In this document: positions 50,124-59,701 of the stretch, piece by piece
How positions within the stretch are numbered: position 1 is the first letter of the stretch
Layout of the letters: each line of letters begins with the position of its first letter
DNA from: a virus
Direction: 5' to 3' (one strand)
Virus record (IMG/VR): IMGVR_UViG_3300009085_000002
Span: 24,966 to 88,965 of that record
DNA: 64,000 bases
Program-made: the position numbers and the translations under genes
Notes under the pieces: generated by a model
Seen by the model: only the letters and a program-made list of their open reading frames with translations
Told to the model about the DNA's origin: nothing
The model's database searches: none

Positions 50124-50662
50124 TATTTTATTATATATTTAGTGTTGTTAATAATTGCGTATATAAAAGTTCTTGTATTTATAGCTTTAAATACATTATC
50201 TTTTTCAGCATCAAAGAATTGAAGATATCCTCTTTCATCTTGATTATTTTCATGATATCCTACTATAAGTCTTAATTCTCCAGGAATTATTTTAGTAATA
50301 GGATTTTCAATTAAATCTTCTAATAACTTAGGAATATCTGTTACTTTAGCATTGCTAATTTGTTGTATCTTAGTACTCTTTTCTGATTCATAAGCTTTTT
50401 TGATTTTATCCTTATCTGCTTTCTTAAAGTATATAGACATTGCAGTTCTAGGATTATTAAGAACTATTTGTATTAATTCTGTTTGATTAACTATAGTTTC
50501 AGTAGAATAATCACGAGCAGATTTAACTAGAGCATCAACATAATTTTTAGATAAAGTAGCTTCTTGTGTTGTTCCTAATATATTAACTACTATATCTCCA
50601 TTATATTTAACTTCTTTAACTAAATAATAACTTGTTTCACTTAAAAAATTTCCTTTTTGCAT
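50123..50662 (-). CDS. hypothetical phage protein
   Basis: 179 aa; GELRLIVG...DERG motif; adjacent to the vWA gene. Confidence 0.6.
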   Translation of the reverse strand: MQKGNFLSETSYYLVKEVKYNGDIVVNILGTTQEATLSKNYVDALVKSARDYSTETIVNQTELIQIVLNNPRTAMSIYFKKADKDKIKKAYESEKSTKIQQISNAKVTDIPKLLEDLIENPITKIIPGELRLIVGYHENNQDERGYLQFFDAEKDNVFKAINTRTFIYAIINNTKYIIK

Positions 50663-50663
50663 A

Positions 50664-51467
50664 CTAATTATTTAATTTTTTATAAAATCCTTTACTAACA
50701 TCTTTTCCATCTAGAACAGATTGAGTATATACTTGTGTAGAATTCAAAGACTTATTAAAAGCTTCTTTAAATCCTTCTCCTGTATTATCTATAGCTAAAC
50801 AGTTGGATTCTTCTAATTTTAGATCATCAATAATTCTTCTTAAATCATAATTAGTGCCTACAAAAGTTACTGTAAAATTCTTAGATTGAACTTCTTTAAT
50901 CTTATTTGCACAAATAGATTTATAATGTTCTAGTCTGTTATTATCTCCATCAGTATAAACTTTTAATAAAACTTTATCTGAATCTGATATTCCAGGCTGT
51001 ACTTTTTCTATAATATCTAAAACTGCTTTATATAAAGGAGTATTATTTCCTCTAGCTCCATAAAAATGCAAATTCTTACTATTAGGATTATTTAATAATG
51101 TATGAGTTTTCTTTTTTATTTCCTTATCATACTTATCTTCTTCAATAAATTCTTCAACTGTAACTGTATAATTTACTTCAGTTTGAGTTTTTATCCATTC
51201 TAATTCCTTTAATATACCCTTTATAGAATTATCATATTTAGGTCCACTCATAGAATATGTAGCATCTAATAATACTACATTATGTATAGTAGGCTTAATT
51301 TTAGATTTTTTAACTTTTTTTACAATTTCCTTTACTATAGTACCTTTTTTTAAATAATTTCTATAATCTTCTACATTTGCAAATCCATTTCTAACAGCAA
51401 GTTTTAATTTTCTTTCTTGATTAGATCTCTGTAAATCTTGATATTCTTTTTGATAGTCTCTTATCAT
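50664..51467 (-). CDS. von Willebrand factor A (vWA) domain protein
   Basis: MIDAS-like VVLLDATYSM, TPLY and YTDG motifs. Confidence 0.8.
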   Translation of the reverse strand: MIRDYQKEYQDLQRSNQERKLKLAVRNGFANVEDYRNYLKKGTIVKEIVKKVKKSKIKPTIHNVVLLDATYSMSGPKYDNSIKGILKELEWIKTQTEVNYTVTVEEFIEEDKYDKEIKKKTHTLLNNPNSKNLHFYGARGNNTPLYKAVLDIIEKVQPGISDSDKVLLKVYTDGDNNRLEHYKSICANKIKEVQSKNFTVTFVGTNYDLRRIIDDLKLEESNCLAIDNTGEGFKEAFNKSLNSTQVYTQSVLDGKDVSKGFYKKLNN

Positions 51468-51477
51468 TATATATTAT

Positions 51478-52290
51478 TTATATTCCGTTATATTTTCTTA
51501 TTTCAGTTAGTACTATTTCTAAATTATTTGGTATAAAAGTATCTTTAAATAATTCAGACATTCTAGCATTATACTTCCCATGTTTTCTGGTTACAAATTT
51601 GTAACTATCCGATGTAACTACTCCATCATCTTTAACATTAACATGAGTATATAACATAAAATCATAATAAGAATCTAATTTAAATTTTTCTATAATCATT
51701 TTACCACCAGGCATAAATATTTTCCAAGAATCTAAATTTTCATCATATTCTGAATGGAATTCTGTAACTACTATAAGATCTTCTCTAAGTTTATCTATTG
51801 ATTCTATAATTCCATTAAGAACTTCTCCAGCTAATTCCCAAAATCTTTGATAGGCTTCTCCACCAGCTTTTCTTTTAATAAATTCTTTATCTGCAATAAC
51901 TGAACTAACAAAATGAGTAACATCAGGCAAAATAATAGTTTTAATACTAGGCATAAACTTATCTACAAACAATAAGCAACTTTCAAGTGTTCTCAATTTA
52001 GTTAATATGAAATTACCTGTAATAGTTAATTCATTAGGCTCTTTCTTTAATAAAACTGGAATTATATCCGAAATCATTTCTAGATTATTTCTATCTCTCA
52101 TCTCTTCTAATGACTTAGATTTTTCTGTAGAGACTTGTAATCTTTTTAGAGGTAATCCTTCTGAAGTTGTAATATGCATAGCCTTAGATGAAGGAGCTAT
52201 AATAAATACTTCTTCTCCTTTTTTTAAAAATTTTCTACTATAAGACTTTCCTGTATTGGGTTCTCCAATTATACCTAGTTTTAATGCCAT
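51478..52290 (-). CDS. AAA_24 / Sak4-like P-loop ATPase
   Basis: Walker A GEPNTGKS, Walker B IILPD, FH motif; in the replication module near the SSB-like gene. Confidence 0.75.
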   Translation of the reverse strand: MALKLGIIGEPNTGKSYSRKFLKKGEEVFIIAPSSKAMHITTSEGLPLKRLQVSTEKSKSLEEMRDRNNLEMISDIIPVLLKKEPNELTITGNFILTKLRTLESCLLFVDKFMPSIKTIILPDVTHFVSSVIADKEFIKRKAGGEAYQRFWELAGEVLNGIIESIDKLREDLIVVTEFHSEYDENLDSWKIFMPGGKMIIEKFKLDSYYDFMLYTHVNVKDDGVVTSDSYKFVTRKHGKYNARMSELFKDTFIPNNLEIVLTEIRKYNGI

Positions 52291-52293
52291 TTA

Positions 52294-52617
52294 TTATTCT
52301 TCTTTTGATAAGTTATTATTTTCCCAAAACTCATTTGTTAATAAGAGATTATCAGAATCTATTGCTTCACATATTTCATTATAAACTTTAAACATCTCAT
52401 TTTCAATAGATTTTTTGATATCTTTTTTACTAGAATCTGTAGTTACTAATAAAGATTTAGTAATTTTATTATCTGTTATTTTATCATCTCCGCTGCTCCA
52501 ATCATCTTTAGGTTTTCTACCTGTTAATTGTATACAAATTTCTAATCCTAATTTTTTAATTTTAGGTGCTGTTTCTATAGTCCAATTAGACTCTTTTTTA
52601 TTTTTAAATAAACTCAT
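52294..52617 (-). CDS. hypothetical protein
   Basis: 107-aa ORF in the operon. Confidence 0.5.
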   Translation of the reverse strand: MSLFKNKKESNWTIETAPKIKKLGLEICIQLTGRKPKDDWSSGDDKITDNKITKSLLVTTDSSKKDIKKSIENEMFKVYNEICEAIDSDNLLLTNEFWENNNLSKEE

Positions 52618-52620
52618 ATA

Positions 52621-53088
52621 TTAAATCTTAATTTGTTTTAATATTTTTATATAATTAATGTTTGATGCATATCCAATAGAACTTAAAAACTTATAATAAT
52701 CTGTTAAGTCTTTACCTTTATCTATCCAATACTGTTGATATAATAAATAATCTTCTATTGAATCTTTCCAATGTTTATAAACTGCACATTTAGCACCATG
52801 ATCTGCTATAATATAACCGGATATTTTATTTGGTCTTTTAGTAGTATAGTGCATACCAAATAAATTATTATGTTTAACACATAACTTACTTTTAAACCAT
52901 CCAGTCTCCACTATAGCCTGTTTATAAACAATCTTGGAATGTATTATTCCTATTTCTTCTATATAATTTAATATATTTTCAGGAGTTAATTTATCTTCTT
53001 TTATTGTTTCAGTTAAACTACTTCTACTTGAAAATACACTAACTGAAGTTAATAGAAATATGAGCACGAGTAATTTCAGTTTTTTCAT
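52621..53088 (-). CDS. GH73 glucosaminidase/muramidase with N-terminal signal peptide
   Basis: QAIVETGWF (catalytic Glu), NNLFGM, GYA; likely start MKKLKLLVLIFLL at 53088. Confidence 0.8.
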   Translation of the reverse strand: MKKLKLLVLIFLLTSVSVFSSRSSLTETIKEDKLTPENILNYIEEIGIIHSKIVYKQAIVETGWFKSKLCVKHNNLFGMHYTTKRPNKISGYIIADHGAKCAVYKHWKDSIEDYLLYQQYWIDKGKDLTDYYKFLSSIGYASNINYIKILKQIKI

Positions 53089-53154
53089 AATCAATAAATT
53101 TTTTGTGATGAGAACCACAAATATAATTAATTTTTGTCTATCTATCAAATTTAA

Positions 53155-54273
53155 TTAATATGTTTTATTTCTAATTTTTAAATAAGCCTCTTCAGTCATA
53201 TCTTTTAACTCTGGGAGTTCTTGAATATATCCTGATTCTCCATAAATACAGCAACCTAAATCTATAAATCCTTCAGTATCTCTGCTTTCTAATAAGTGAA
53301 TAAATAGATCATTTTTGTTCATAGATCTTATTTTCCATTTCTTTTCTGAATTACCTAAATAGCTATCTATATGAGGATATATAGAAGGTTTAAATAAAGA
53401 ATATAATTGATCTACATCTTGAGCAGTATTCCCGCTATCCTTAAAATCTTCCTTAGTAGGTTTTAAATCTTCTCCTGAGAATTTAAGTCTTTCTATTTTA
53501 GCAATATCTCTATTAAATTGTTGAGTTATAACTATTAAAGGCTTATAAATATTTCTAATATTGACAAAATATTCAGATAGTTTATCAATATTTTCTTTAT
53601 TATTAAAGCCTCTTTCTTTAGAAACTAAAGCTATATGATCTACTATAATAATAGTTTTTCTGTTCTTAAATTCTTCCTTTAATTTATAAACAGAAGTTTT
53701 TATCTGCTCTTTATTACCTTCTTTTTCTACATAAGCATAACCTTCTTTATATTCACCTATAGAATTAAAATAATTTGTAATATAATTTCTAATACCTGTA
53801 GGATTAGTTTTTCTCTCATGGAAATCTATTTTACCTTGTTTTATAAGTAGACCATCTTCATTATAATCTCCAAGCAAAGGAATTATATCTTCTTCTAATA
53901 CTTTATATACTAAGTTTTCATCTTCTTTAGATAGTGTATGCTTTCCTTTACTCAAAATATAAGCAGGATCCATCTCTTTTTTATATTTTTCTCTAATAAA
54001 CCAAGAAATCCATTTAGGAACTTTCTTTAATCTACTTATTTCATAGGAGAAATATATCCAATGAATATCTTCTTCTGGGTTTAATAAATAAGGATTTAGA
54101 ACATATCTAGAATCTATATAAGCAGTTTTACCAGTTTTAGGAGCAGCACCTATACAATGATAGGATTCCATTTGAAGATTAGAAGTAAAATTATCAAGTC
54201 TAGAAAACCCAGATTTAATACCTTTATTTGTGCCTAATTTACCTTTTTCTACTACTAATCTAAAATCTTTCAT
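53155..54273 (-). CDS. DnaB-like (SF4) replicative helicase
   Basis: GAAPKTGKT Walker A, FSYE, IIVDH Walker B, QQFNR, KDSG...QDVD. Confidence 0.85.
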   Translation of the reverse strand: MKDFRLVVEKGKLGTNKGIKSGFSRLDNFTSNLQMESYHCIGAAPKTGKTAYIDSRYVLNPYLLNPEEDIHWIYFSYEISRLKKVPKWISWFIREKYKKEMDPAYILSKGKHTLSKEDENLVYKVLEEDIIPLLGDYNEDGLLIKQGKIDFHERKTNPTGIRNYITNYFNSIGEYKEGYAYVEKEGNKEQIKTSVYKLKEEFKNRKTIIIVDHIALVSKERGFNNKENIDKLSEYFVNIRNIYKPLIVITQQFNRDIAKIERLKFSGEDLKPTKEDFKDSGNTAQDVDQLYSLFKPSIYPHIDSYLGNSEKKWKIRSMNKNDLFIHLLESRDTEGFIDLGCCIYGESGYIQELPELKDMTEEAYLKIRNKTY

Positions 54274-54845
54274 ATACTAGTAGAATTTATCTTTTCTTCA
54301 AATGAAGAATTAGAATCTAAATGTATATAATCTTTTTGCCACTCCTCTTGTTCTATATAATTAATGATTTGTTTCATATACATTAAATCATTTTTAGAGC
54401 ATTTTTGGAGTTTAGCTGATAAAATAGAATATATTAAATCATCTTCTTTCTTAGTTTTTACCCTGGCTAAATATTTCTTTCTGGCTGTTTTATACTCATT
54501 AGTTAATCTTCCATTAAATTCTTTATTACTAGATCTTAATAATCTTCCAGCAGGATTATTAGGGGAAGGAACTCTATATGGATATGCAGTATAAAATCTG
54601 TCAAAATCTATATCAGAATTATTTTCAAATACTTTCTCTCCTTTTTCTCTAACTATTACATCACCATCTTCCTGTTCTACAACATATCCATTATTCTTTA
54701 AGTATAATAAAGATCCAGAATAATCAAAAGAATCTATAGATTTAAGACTATTAACAGCTCTTTTATCCTTTAAATGTAAATAATATAATAAAACATAAAC
54801 TTCTAATTGTAATTCACTTCTTTCAAATTCTTTTAAATCTATCAT
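54270..54845 (-). CDS. replication initiator / helicase-loader-like protein
   Basis: N-terminal winged-helix-like region plus FDRFYTAYP motif; directly upstream of the helicase. Confidence 0.5.
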   Translation of the reverse strand: MIDLKEFERSELQLEVYVLLYYLHLKDKRAVNSLKSIDSFDYSGSLLYLKNNGYVVEQEDGDVIVREKGEKVFENNSDIDFDRFYTAYPYRVPSPNNPAGRLLRSSNKEFNGRLTNEYKTARKKYLARVKTKKEDDLIYSILSAKLQKCSKNDLMYMKQIINYIEQEEWQKDYIHLDSNSSFEEKINSTSI

Positions 54846-55147
54846 AATGCTGATTTTATTTTATTCATAAGATCTTTAGGAGAATATTTTCTAGAGGGTG
54901 GATGAATTATATAATCTCTTATATAAGATTCTCCATTTCTTACAAAGCATAAAAATACTTTATGTACTCCTATTCTTATTCTATAGGGCTGAAAAGTATT
55001 CTTATCCATATAAAACAATTTTCTATTATTATTATTATATATAGCTATTCTTTCATAACCATGTATAATAGAAGATCCTTTATTATTAGGGAGGATATCT
55101 TGTTTATATTTATCTAAAATATGTTCTTTTAATGCATCTTCTCCCAT
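54842..55147 (-). CDS. hypothetical protein
   Basis: 101-aa ORF coupled to neighbours. Confidence 0.5.
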   Translation of the reverse strand: MGEDALKEHILDKYKQDILPNNKGSSIIHGYERIAIYNNNNRKLFYMDKNTFQPYRIRIGVHKVFLCFVRNGESYIRDYIIHPPSRKYSPKDLMNKIKSAL

Positions 55148-55290
55148 TATGAAGTTTTTAATTTATATTCTTGCTTTCTATTCTCTAAATCTAAATTCTC
55201 AAACCAACCTGGTAAGTTCTTATTAGGAATATAAGTAGGATTAAGATTAACTTTAATGTTTAATTTTGGTATAGTCTTAATTTTATTCAT
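55147..55290 (-). CDS. small hypothetical protein (47 aa, not in ORF track)
   Basis: MNKIKTIPKLNIKVNLNPTYIPNKNLPGWFENLDLENRKQEYKLKTS; ATGA and TAATG overlaps on both sides. Confidence 0.55.
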   Translation of the reverse strand: MNKIKTIPKLNIKVNLNPTYIPNKNLPGWFENLDLENRKQEYKLKTS

Positions 55291-55787
55291 ATTAAATATT
55301 TAACTTTTTCTATCAAGTCTCTGAAATTTTCTAGAAATAGATCTCTAAGTTCTTTAGATTGGAAAGATAAACATTTATTTGTTAATGAATAACTCTCTAT
55401 TTCTATTTCATTTCTAGCTTTATTATAACCAATAATATATGTAAGTTTATTATCTATACTAGGAGTCCAATTATCTCTATAGATATCCCTTAAAAATAGT
55501 AGTTGTATAAAAGCCAGTACTTCTTCATATCTTTCTTTAGATATAAGAATATTTTTATTATAAACTTCATCTACTGAACCACTTAAACCTGATATAGAAC
55601 CAATATAACTATTTGTACTTATATAATAAAGATCTTTAGTATACTCAGTATAAGCTTCTTTCCATGTTTTAGGTAATTTATTATTCTTATCTAGTATTTC
55701 TTTATATTTTATACATTTAAAAGTACTATTTTCTTCATCAACTTCATAACCTTCTGGTGGTATGATTTTTAATTCTTTTTCTTGCAT
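55287..55787 (-). CDS. hypothetical Bacteroidota-phage protein
   Basis: PPEGYEVDEENSTF, LPKTWKE and LSFQSKELRDLFLENFRDLIE motifs. Confidence 0.6.
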   Translation of the reverse strand: MQEKELKIIPPEGYEVDEENSTFKCIKYKEILDKNNKLPKTWKEAYTEYTKDLYYISTNSYIGSISGLSGSVDEVYNKNILISKERYEEVLAFIQLLFLRDIYRDNWTPSIDNKLTYIIGYNKARNEIEIESYSLTNKCLSFQSKELRDLFLENFRDLIEKVKYLI

Positions 55788-55804
55788 ATTTATAATTTTA
55801 ATAA

Positions 55805-55838
55805 AAATACTCTCTAATTATTAAACTAGAGAGTATTT
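55805..55838 (-). terminator. terminator-like hairpin
   Basis: 12-bp stem AAATACTCTCTA/TAGAGAGTATTT followed by TTATT on the - strand. Confidence 0.6.
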
Positions 55839-55848
55839 AAAAATTCAT

Positions 55849-56211
55849 TTATTTTTCCTCTTTTGACAATGAAGACAACTCATCTTCTAAGAATTTAATT
55901 AAATTATTAAAGTTATTAAGCTCTTTTTCAGCTTCAGTAAGCTTATTTTTAGCATTAGTTAAATCCTGGATATATTTATTTCTATCTGAAATAGATTTTC
56001 CATTATTAACTCTGGCTAAAGATAAAGCTTCTTTTGCTTCAATTACTTTATCCTCTTTTCCTATCAAATCTCCTTTCATAGAAGAAATTTGACTAGTTAA
56101 AGCTGAATTAGCTTGTCTCCATACTTTTTGTGCAGTAGCTTCAGCATCATCACCTTTAATAACTGCAATAAACTGTTTTACAAATGAATTCATTACTTTT
56201 GCTGTACTCAT
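55849..56211 (-). CDS. coiled-coil hypothetical protein
   Basis: 120 aa, heptad pattern. Confidence 0.6.
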   Translation of the reverse strand: MSTAKVMNSFVKQFIAVIKGDDAEATAQKVWRQANSALTSQISSMKGDLIGKEDKVIEAKEALSLARVNNGKSISDRNKYIQDLTNAKNKLTEAEKELNNFNNLIKFLEDELSSLSKEEK

Positions 56212-56228
56212 AATTTAAATTTAAATTG

Positions 56229-58757
56229 TTATTCAATTAATTTATTATTTATTGTTTTTACTGGAATAGGACTTTCTAATAAGAGTGTAGTATCAGAATA
56301 ATCTAATAATTTTAATTCTTTGTTTGGTTTAGTTGGTTCGGCAATGTACATATTAGTAAAAATCTCTGGAATTACTCCTGAAGTATCAACTAAAAAAGGT
56401 TTACCTAATTCAACCACATCTATACCGTACATATCTGCTACTGCGTTATTTATTCTATTTTCTAAACTTTCTTCTAATACATATTTTCTAAACTGTTCAA
56501 AAGTAATTTCTTTAAACTCATAATCAGGCCTATTACTATACACATGACCAGGTTCCTCACCATATTTATGATACATTAGGCTTCTTTCATCTTGATAATA
56601 TGTTTTATAATACTTACATCCATAATTTTCATCAAACCATTTACCTATGATAAAAGCTTCTTCTTTATCTTTAGGTTTAATACACCATTTTTCTGGTAGA
56701 ATAAAAGAATCTTTCATTTCTGTTTCTATCATTTTATGATACTCTTCTATAGCTTTACTACAAAATGTACCATTGGTCATGCTCATAACTATTTTATGGT
56801 CACATTTAAAATTAATTTTTTTTATAATAGAATCTTCGCAAAATTTACATATTTCTTCATCTTTATTAGAAATATCTTTTGATTTATCTACTTTCTCTAA
56901 TACAAAATGAGGAAAAGTAAAGTGTTCTAATTCAACACCAATATCAGCTAAATCTTTTTTTACCTCCTGTACTAATCCTATATATAAATCCATTTTAGGG
57001 ATCCATTCCATCTTCCATCCCCTTTCACCATATTTTGCTTTTCTTAATATTTTAACTTTATCTCCAGGTTTATATCTAACATCTAAAGGATAAGTATCAT
57101 CTTCTTTTCTATCTTCAGTAACTATTTCTGCCCATTTACCATCTTTATATATGGTAGGATTTGAACACGTACGACTATCACATTTAATTCCATTAGATGA
57201 ATATACAACAGAATTGTTTGAATCAAAATTCCAAAATACTTCTTTATCTGCTTCAGAGTATGGAATAACTTCTCTTATTATTCCTACTTCCTCCTTGTTA
57301 ATAGACTTAAACTTAATTCCTATAGTATACTTATCATGAGCATATTTTAATAAAGCTTCTTTAACTTCTTCTTCAGAAGCTTCAATAGAATCATTTCTTA
57401 TACCTAATTTACTTCCCCATTTTCCTGCCCAAAGACCATATCCATAGTATTCATTTCCATTTCTATAAGTAGAATATATATAACTATTATTTAACTTATT
57501 ATCCTTGTACCACTTACTAATTTCAAATTTAGTTTCTTTATTTTCTTTCATATAGCCATTTTCTTTACACCAGTCTTCGTAAGACATAATTTCATAGTTA
57601 TTTTTATTATACCAATCAAAACAATCAAAGGCTTTATCCACTAATGAAATTACTGAATTTTCTTTATATCTATCCCAACGACCTGTTGCCCAATAATATC
57701 CTAAATTTTTAGTTACAAAATCCCACTCTTCTTGAGTTTTTACATGAACTGCTTTAAGTTTATTTGTTGTAGTTTCAGAATTTTGTTTAGGTTCATCTTT
57801 AGATAATAATTCTTCTGAGAATTCCTTAGCTTCTTTTAAAGTTGCAAACCATTTAATTCCTTCAGTTTTTTCTGTACTTTCGCTAATTGCGAAATTCATA
57901 GAATAGTTTTGTTCACATTGTATATAAGGAGTAGTATAAGTATCATTAATAATTATGTAAGGTTTTCCTTTAATTAAGGGTTCTAATCTTGTTAATAATC
58001 TGTCTTGTAAAGGAACTATATAACTACCAACACTCCATTTTTCAATAAGCATATTATCTTTTTTAGCTCCTATCTTTAATACTCCATTATCATCAAATAA
58101 ATCTAAGAGATTTAGTGAAATAAATTTATTCTGTTCTACACAAGTGTTTAACCATTTCTTTTCTTCTAGAGTTGCTAATCTGTCTGGCTTAGAATTATAA
58201 TCTGCCATAGCTGCTTTTTTTAAAAAAAACTCATGTCCAGGTGATATTGCTATATTATTACATTTATAAGGATTAGGGGATACATAATCAAATATCCATC
58301 CATCTCTATAATAAATTTCTCCTATAACTAATTTAATTGAAGTTAGAAATTTATCTGGGTGTCCTTCTGGTAAATACTGCTGTATTTCTGATAAATCTTC
58401 TAATAATACCGGCTTCCAATCAAGACCAATCCAATCATGTATTTTAACATAGTATCCGATATATATTCTTTCATCATAATAAAATCTATTATTCCAAGGT
58501 TGTGCTGCTGTTGAACATTTACCATAGTAGGAGCCAGCATACTTATACCATCTTCCAGGTATAAACTTATTAAATTGCTTATCATACTCTTCTTTAGTAG
58601 ATTCTACAAAAGCACCCACTTCATCTCTAAATAAGTCTTCCCATATATAAATATCATCAAATTCACAACAAACAGGTTTATCTTTATCTATATCATATAT
58701 TTTATCTTTACAATTAAACCCTACACAGGATTCTATACATTTTACGTATTTTTTCAT
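56229..58757 (-). CDS. large mosaic multi-module hypothetical protein
   Basis: 842 aa of short aromatic-rich modules (GRWYK, IGEIYY, WSVGSY, SKWYK, YKPGDKV, LPEKWCI). Confidence 0.65.
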   Translation of the reverse strand: MKKYVKCIESCVGFNCKDKIYDIDKDKPVCCEFDDIYIWEDLFRDEVGAFVESTKEEYDKQFNKFIPGRWYKYAGSYYGKCSTAAQPWNNRFYYDERIYIGYYVKIHDWIGLDWKPVLLEDLSEIQQYLPEGHPDKFLTSIKLVIGEIYYRDGWIFDYVSPNPYKCNNIAISPGHEFFLKKAAMADYNSKPDRLATLEEKKWLNTCVEQNKFISLNLLDLFDDNGVLKIGAKKDNMLIEKWSVGSYIVPLQDRLLTRLEPLIKGKPYIIINDTYTTPYIQCEQNYSMNFAISESTEKTEGIKWFATLKEAKEFSEELLSKDEPKQNSETTTNKLKAVHVKTQEEWDFVTKNLGYYWATGRWDRYKENSVISLVDKAFDCFDWYNKNNYEIMSYEDWCKENGYMKENKETKFEISKWYKDNKLNNSYIYSTYRNGNEYYGYGLWAGKWGSKLGIRNDSIEASEEEVKEALLKYAHDKYTIGIKFKSINKEEVGIIREVIPYSEADKEVFWNFDSNNSVVYSSNGIKCDSRTCSNPTIYKDGKWAEIVTEDRKEDDTYPLDVRYKPGDKVKILRKAKYGERGWKMEWIPKMDLYIGLVQEVKKDLADIGVELEHFTFPHFVLEKVDKSKDISNKDEEICKFCEDSIIKKINFKCDHKIVMSMTNGTFCSKAIEEYHKMIETEMKDSFILPEKWCIKPKDKEEAFIIGKWFDENYGCKYYKTYYQDERSLMYHKYGEEPGHVYSNRPDYEFKEITFEQFRKYVLEESLENRINNAVADMYGIDVVELGKPFLVDTSGVIPEIFTNMYIAEPTKPNKELKLLDYSDTTLLLESPIPVKTINNKLIE

Positions 58758-58776
58758 ATTTTTATTTAAGATTTAA

Positions 58777-58808
58777 GAAAGCTCTAATAACTTAATACTA
58801 GAGCTTTC
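58777..58808 (-). terminator. terminator-like hairpin
   Basis: 10-bp stem GAAAGCTCTA/TAGAGCTTTC in the intergenic gap; weak U-tract. Confidence 0.5.
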
Positions 58809-58843
58809 ATTATTAACCAAAATAATTAAACCGCTATGAAAAT

Positions 58844-59020
58844 CTATTCAGGTTTAATTCTTAATGAGCTATAAATATCTGCATCTAACAGATTATTCAT
58901 CTTGTTTAAACAACTTAGAGGATTATTATCTTCATACATAACCTCAAATCTATTCTTTTCATTAATTATTGTACTTGAAAAGAAATATTTATCTAAGAAT
59001 TTATCTTTTATAATATACAT
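58844..59020 (-). CDS. small hypothetical protein (58 aa, not in ORF track)
   Basis: MYIIKDKFLDKYFFSST...SSLRIKPE open frame filling the gap. Confidence 0.45.
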   Translation of the reverse strand: MYIIKDKFLDKYFFSSTIINEKNRFEVMYEDNNPLSCLNKMNNLLDADIYSSLRIKPE

Positions 59021-59140
59021 ATTACGTATACTTTAAGAATTGCAGATCTTCTGGCTTTAGTACAATGCCATATTCTTTCTTAATATCCCTAAAAGCCTTT
59101 TGTTTAGATTTTGGATATAATGTATCTTTCTTTTTATTTT

Positions 59141-59566
59141 TCATCTTAAGAAAGTTTTAGTTATAGTATATCCTTTTTCTGTAAGATCTAAAATGATATT
59201 TGATGTATCATCCTTATAGCATTTAAAGCTATGAGTAGTTTTAAAGTCTTTAAGACCTTGTGTATTTTTAACATGTACAATTAATTTTACTCTTTGAATA
59301 GAGTCCTCAGAATAAGTAGATAAATATACCTTATCTTCGTAGAAAGAATTTGCTTTAAGAACCTTTAATTCTTTTATTTCTTCTTCAGTTCTTTTTTCTT
59401 TCTTTATAAGAACTATATCTCCTTTTTGAGTTAGTTCCTCTGTTCTTAATGGTCCATATTTTCTAACTGTTCCACAAATAGTGTATGTACGAGGTTCCTT
59501 AGTATGTTTCCATACATTTTTTATGACCTCATTAATTAGTTCTTGGTGATTTCTGTTATATTCCAT
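59141..59566 (-). CDS. hypothetical protein
   Basis: 141-aa ORF on the coding strand. Confidence 0.55.
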   Translation of the reverse strand: MEYNRNHQELINEVIKNVWKHTKEPRTYTICGTVRKYGPLRTEELTQKGDIVLIKKEKRTEEEIKELKVLKANSFYEDKVYLSTYSEDSIQRVKLIVHVKNTQGLKDFKTTHSFKCYKDDTSNIILDLTEKGYTITKTFLR

Positions 59567-59605
59567 TTCTCCGAAAAGTTTAAATGTTTATAAATAAGAA
59601 AATTA

Positions 59606-59693
59606 GCTCCAATCCTAGGATTTGAACCTAGCCTTTTATTATTTTAAGTACCAGTTTAATTCTAAATACTCAGTATATGAACTTGATTGGAGT
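59606..59693 (-). ncRNA. tRNA-like element (non-canonical / pseudo-tRNA)
   Basis: T-arm CTAGG-TTCAAAT-CCTAG directly followed by GATTGGAG pairing with 5' CTCCAATC (8 bp); central arms irregular. Confidence 0.5.
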
Positions 59694-59701
59694 ATAAGTT
59701 G

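Noticed and set aside
50664-52290. MoxR-vWA chaperone pair
   Set aside because: The ATPase looks like AAA_24/Sak4 type, lacking MoxR signatures; adjacency alone is insufficient
59606-59693. Ochre (UUA) suppressor tRNA or tRNA-Sec
   Set aside because: The loop lacks U33, the arm is imperfect, TAA is the dominant stop codon, and no UCA anticodon is in position; kept only as a tRNA-like element
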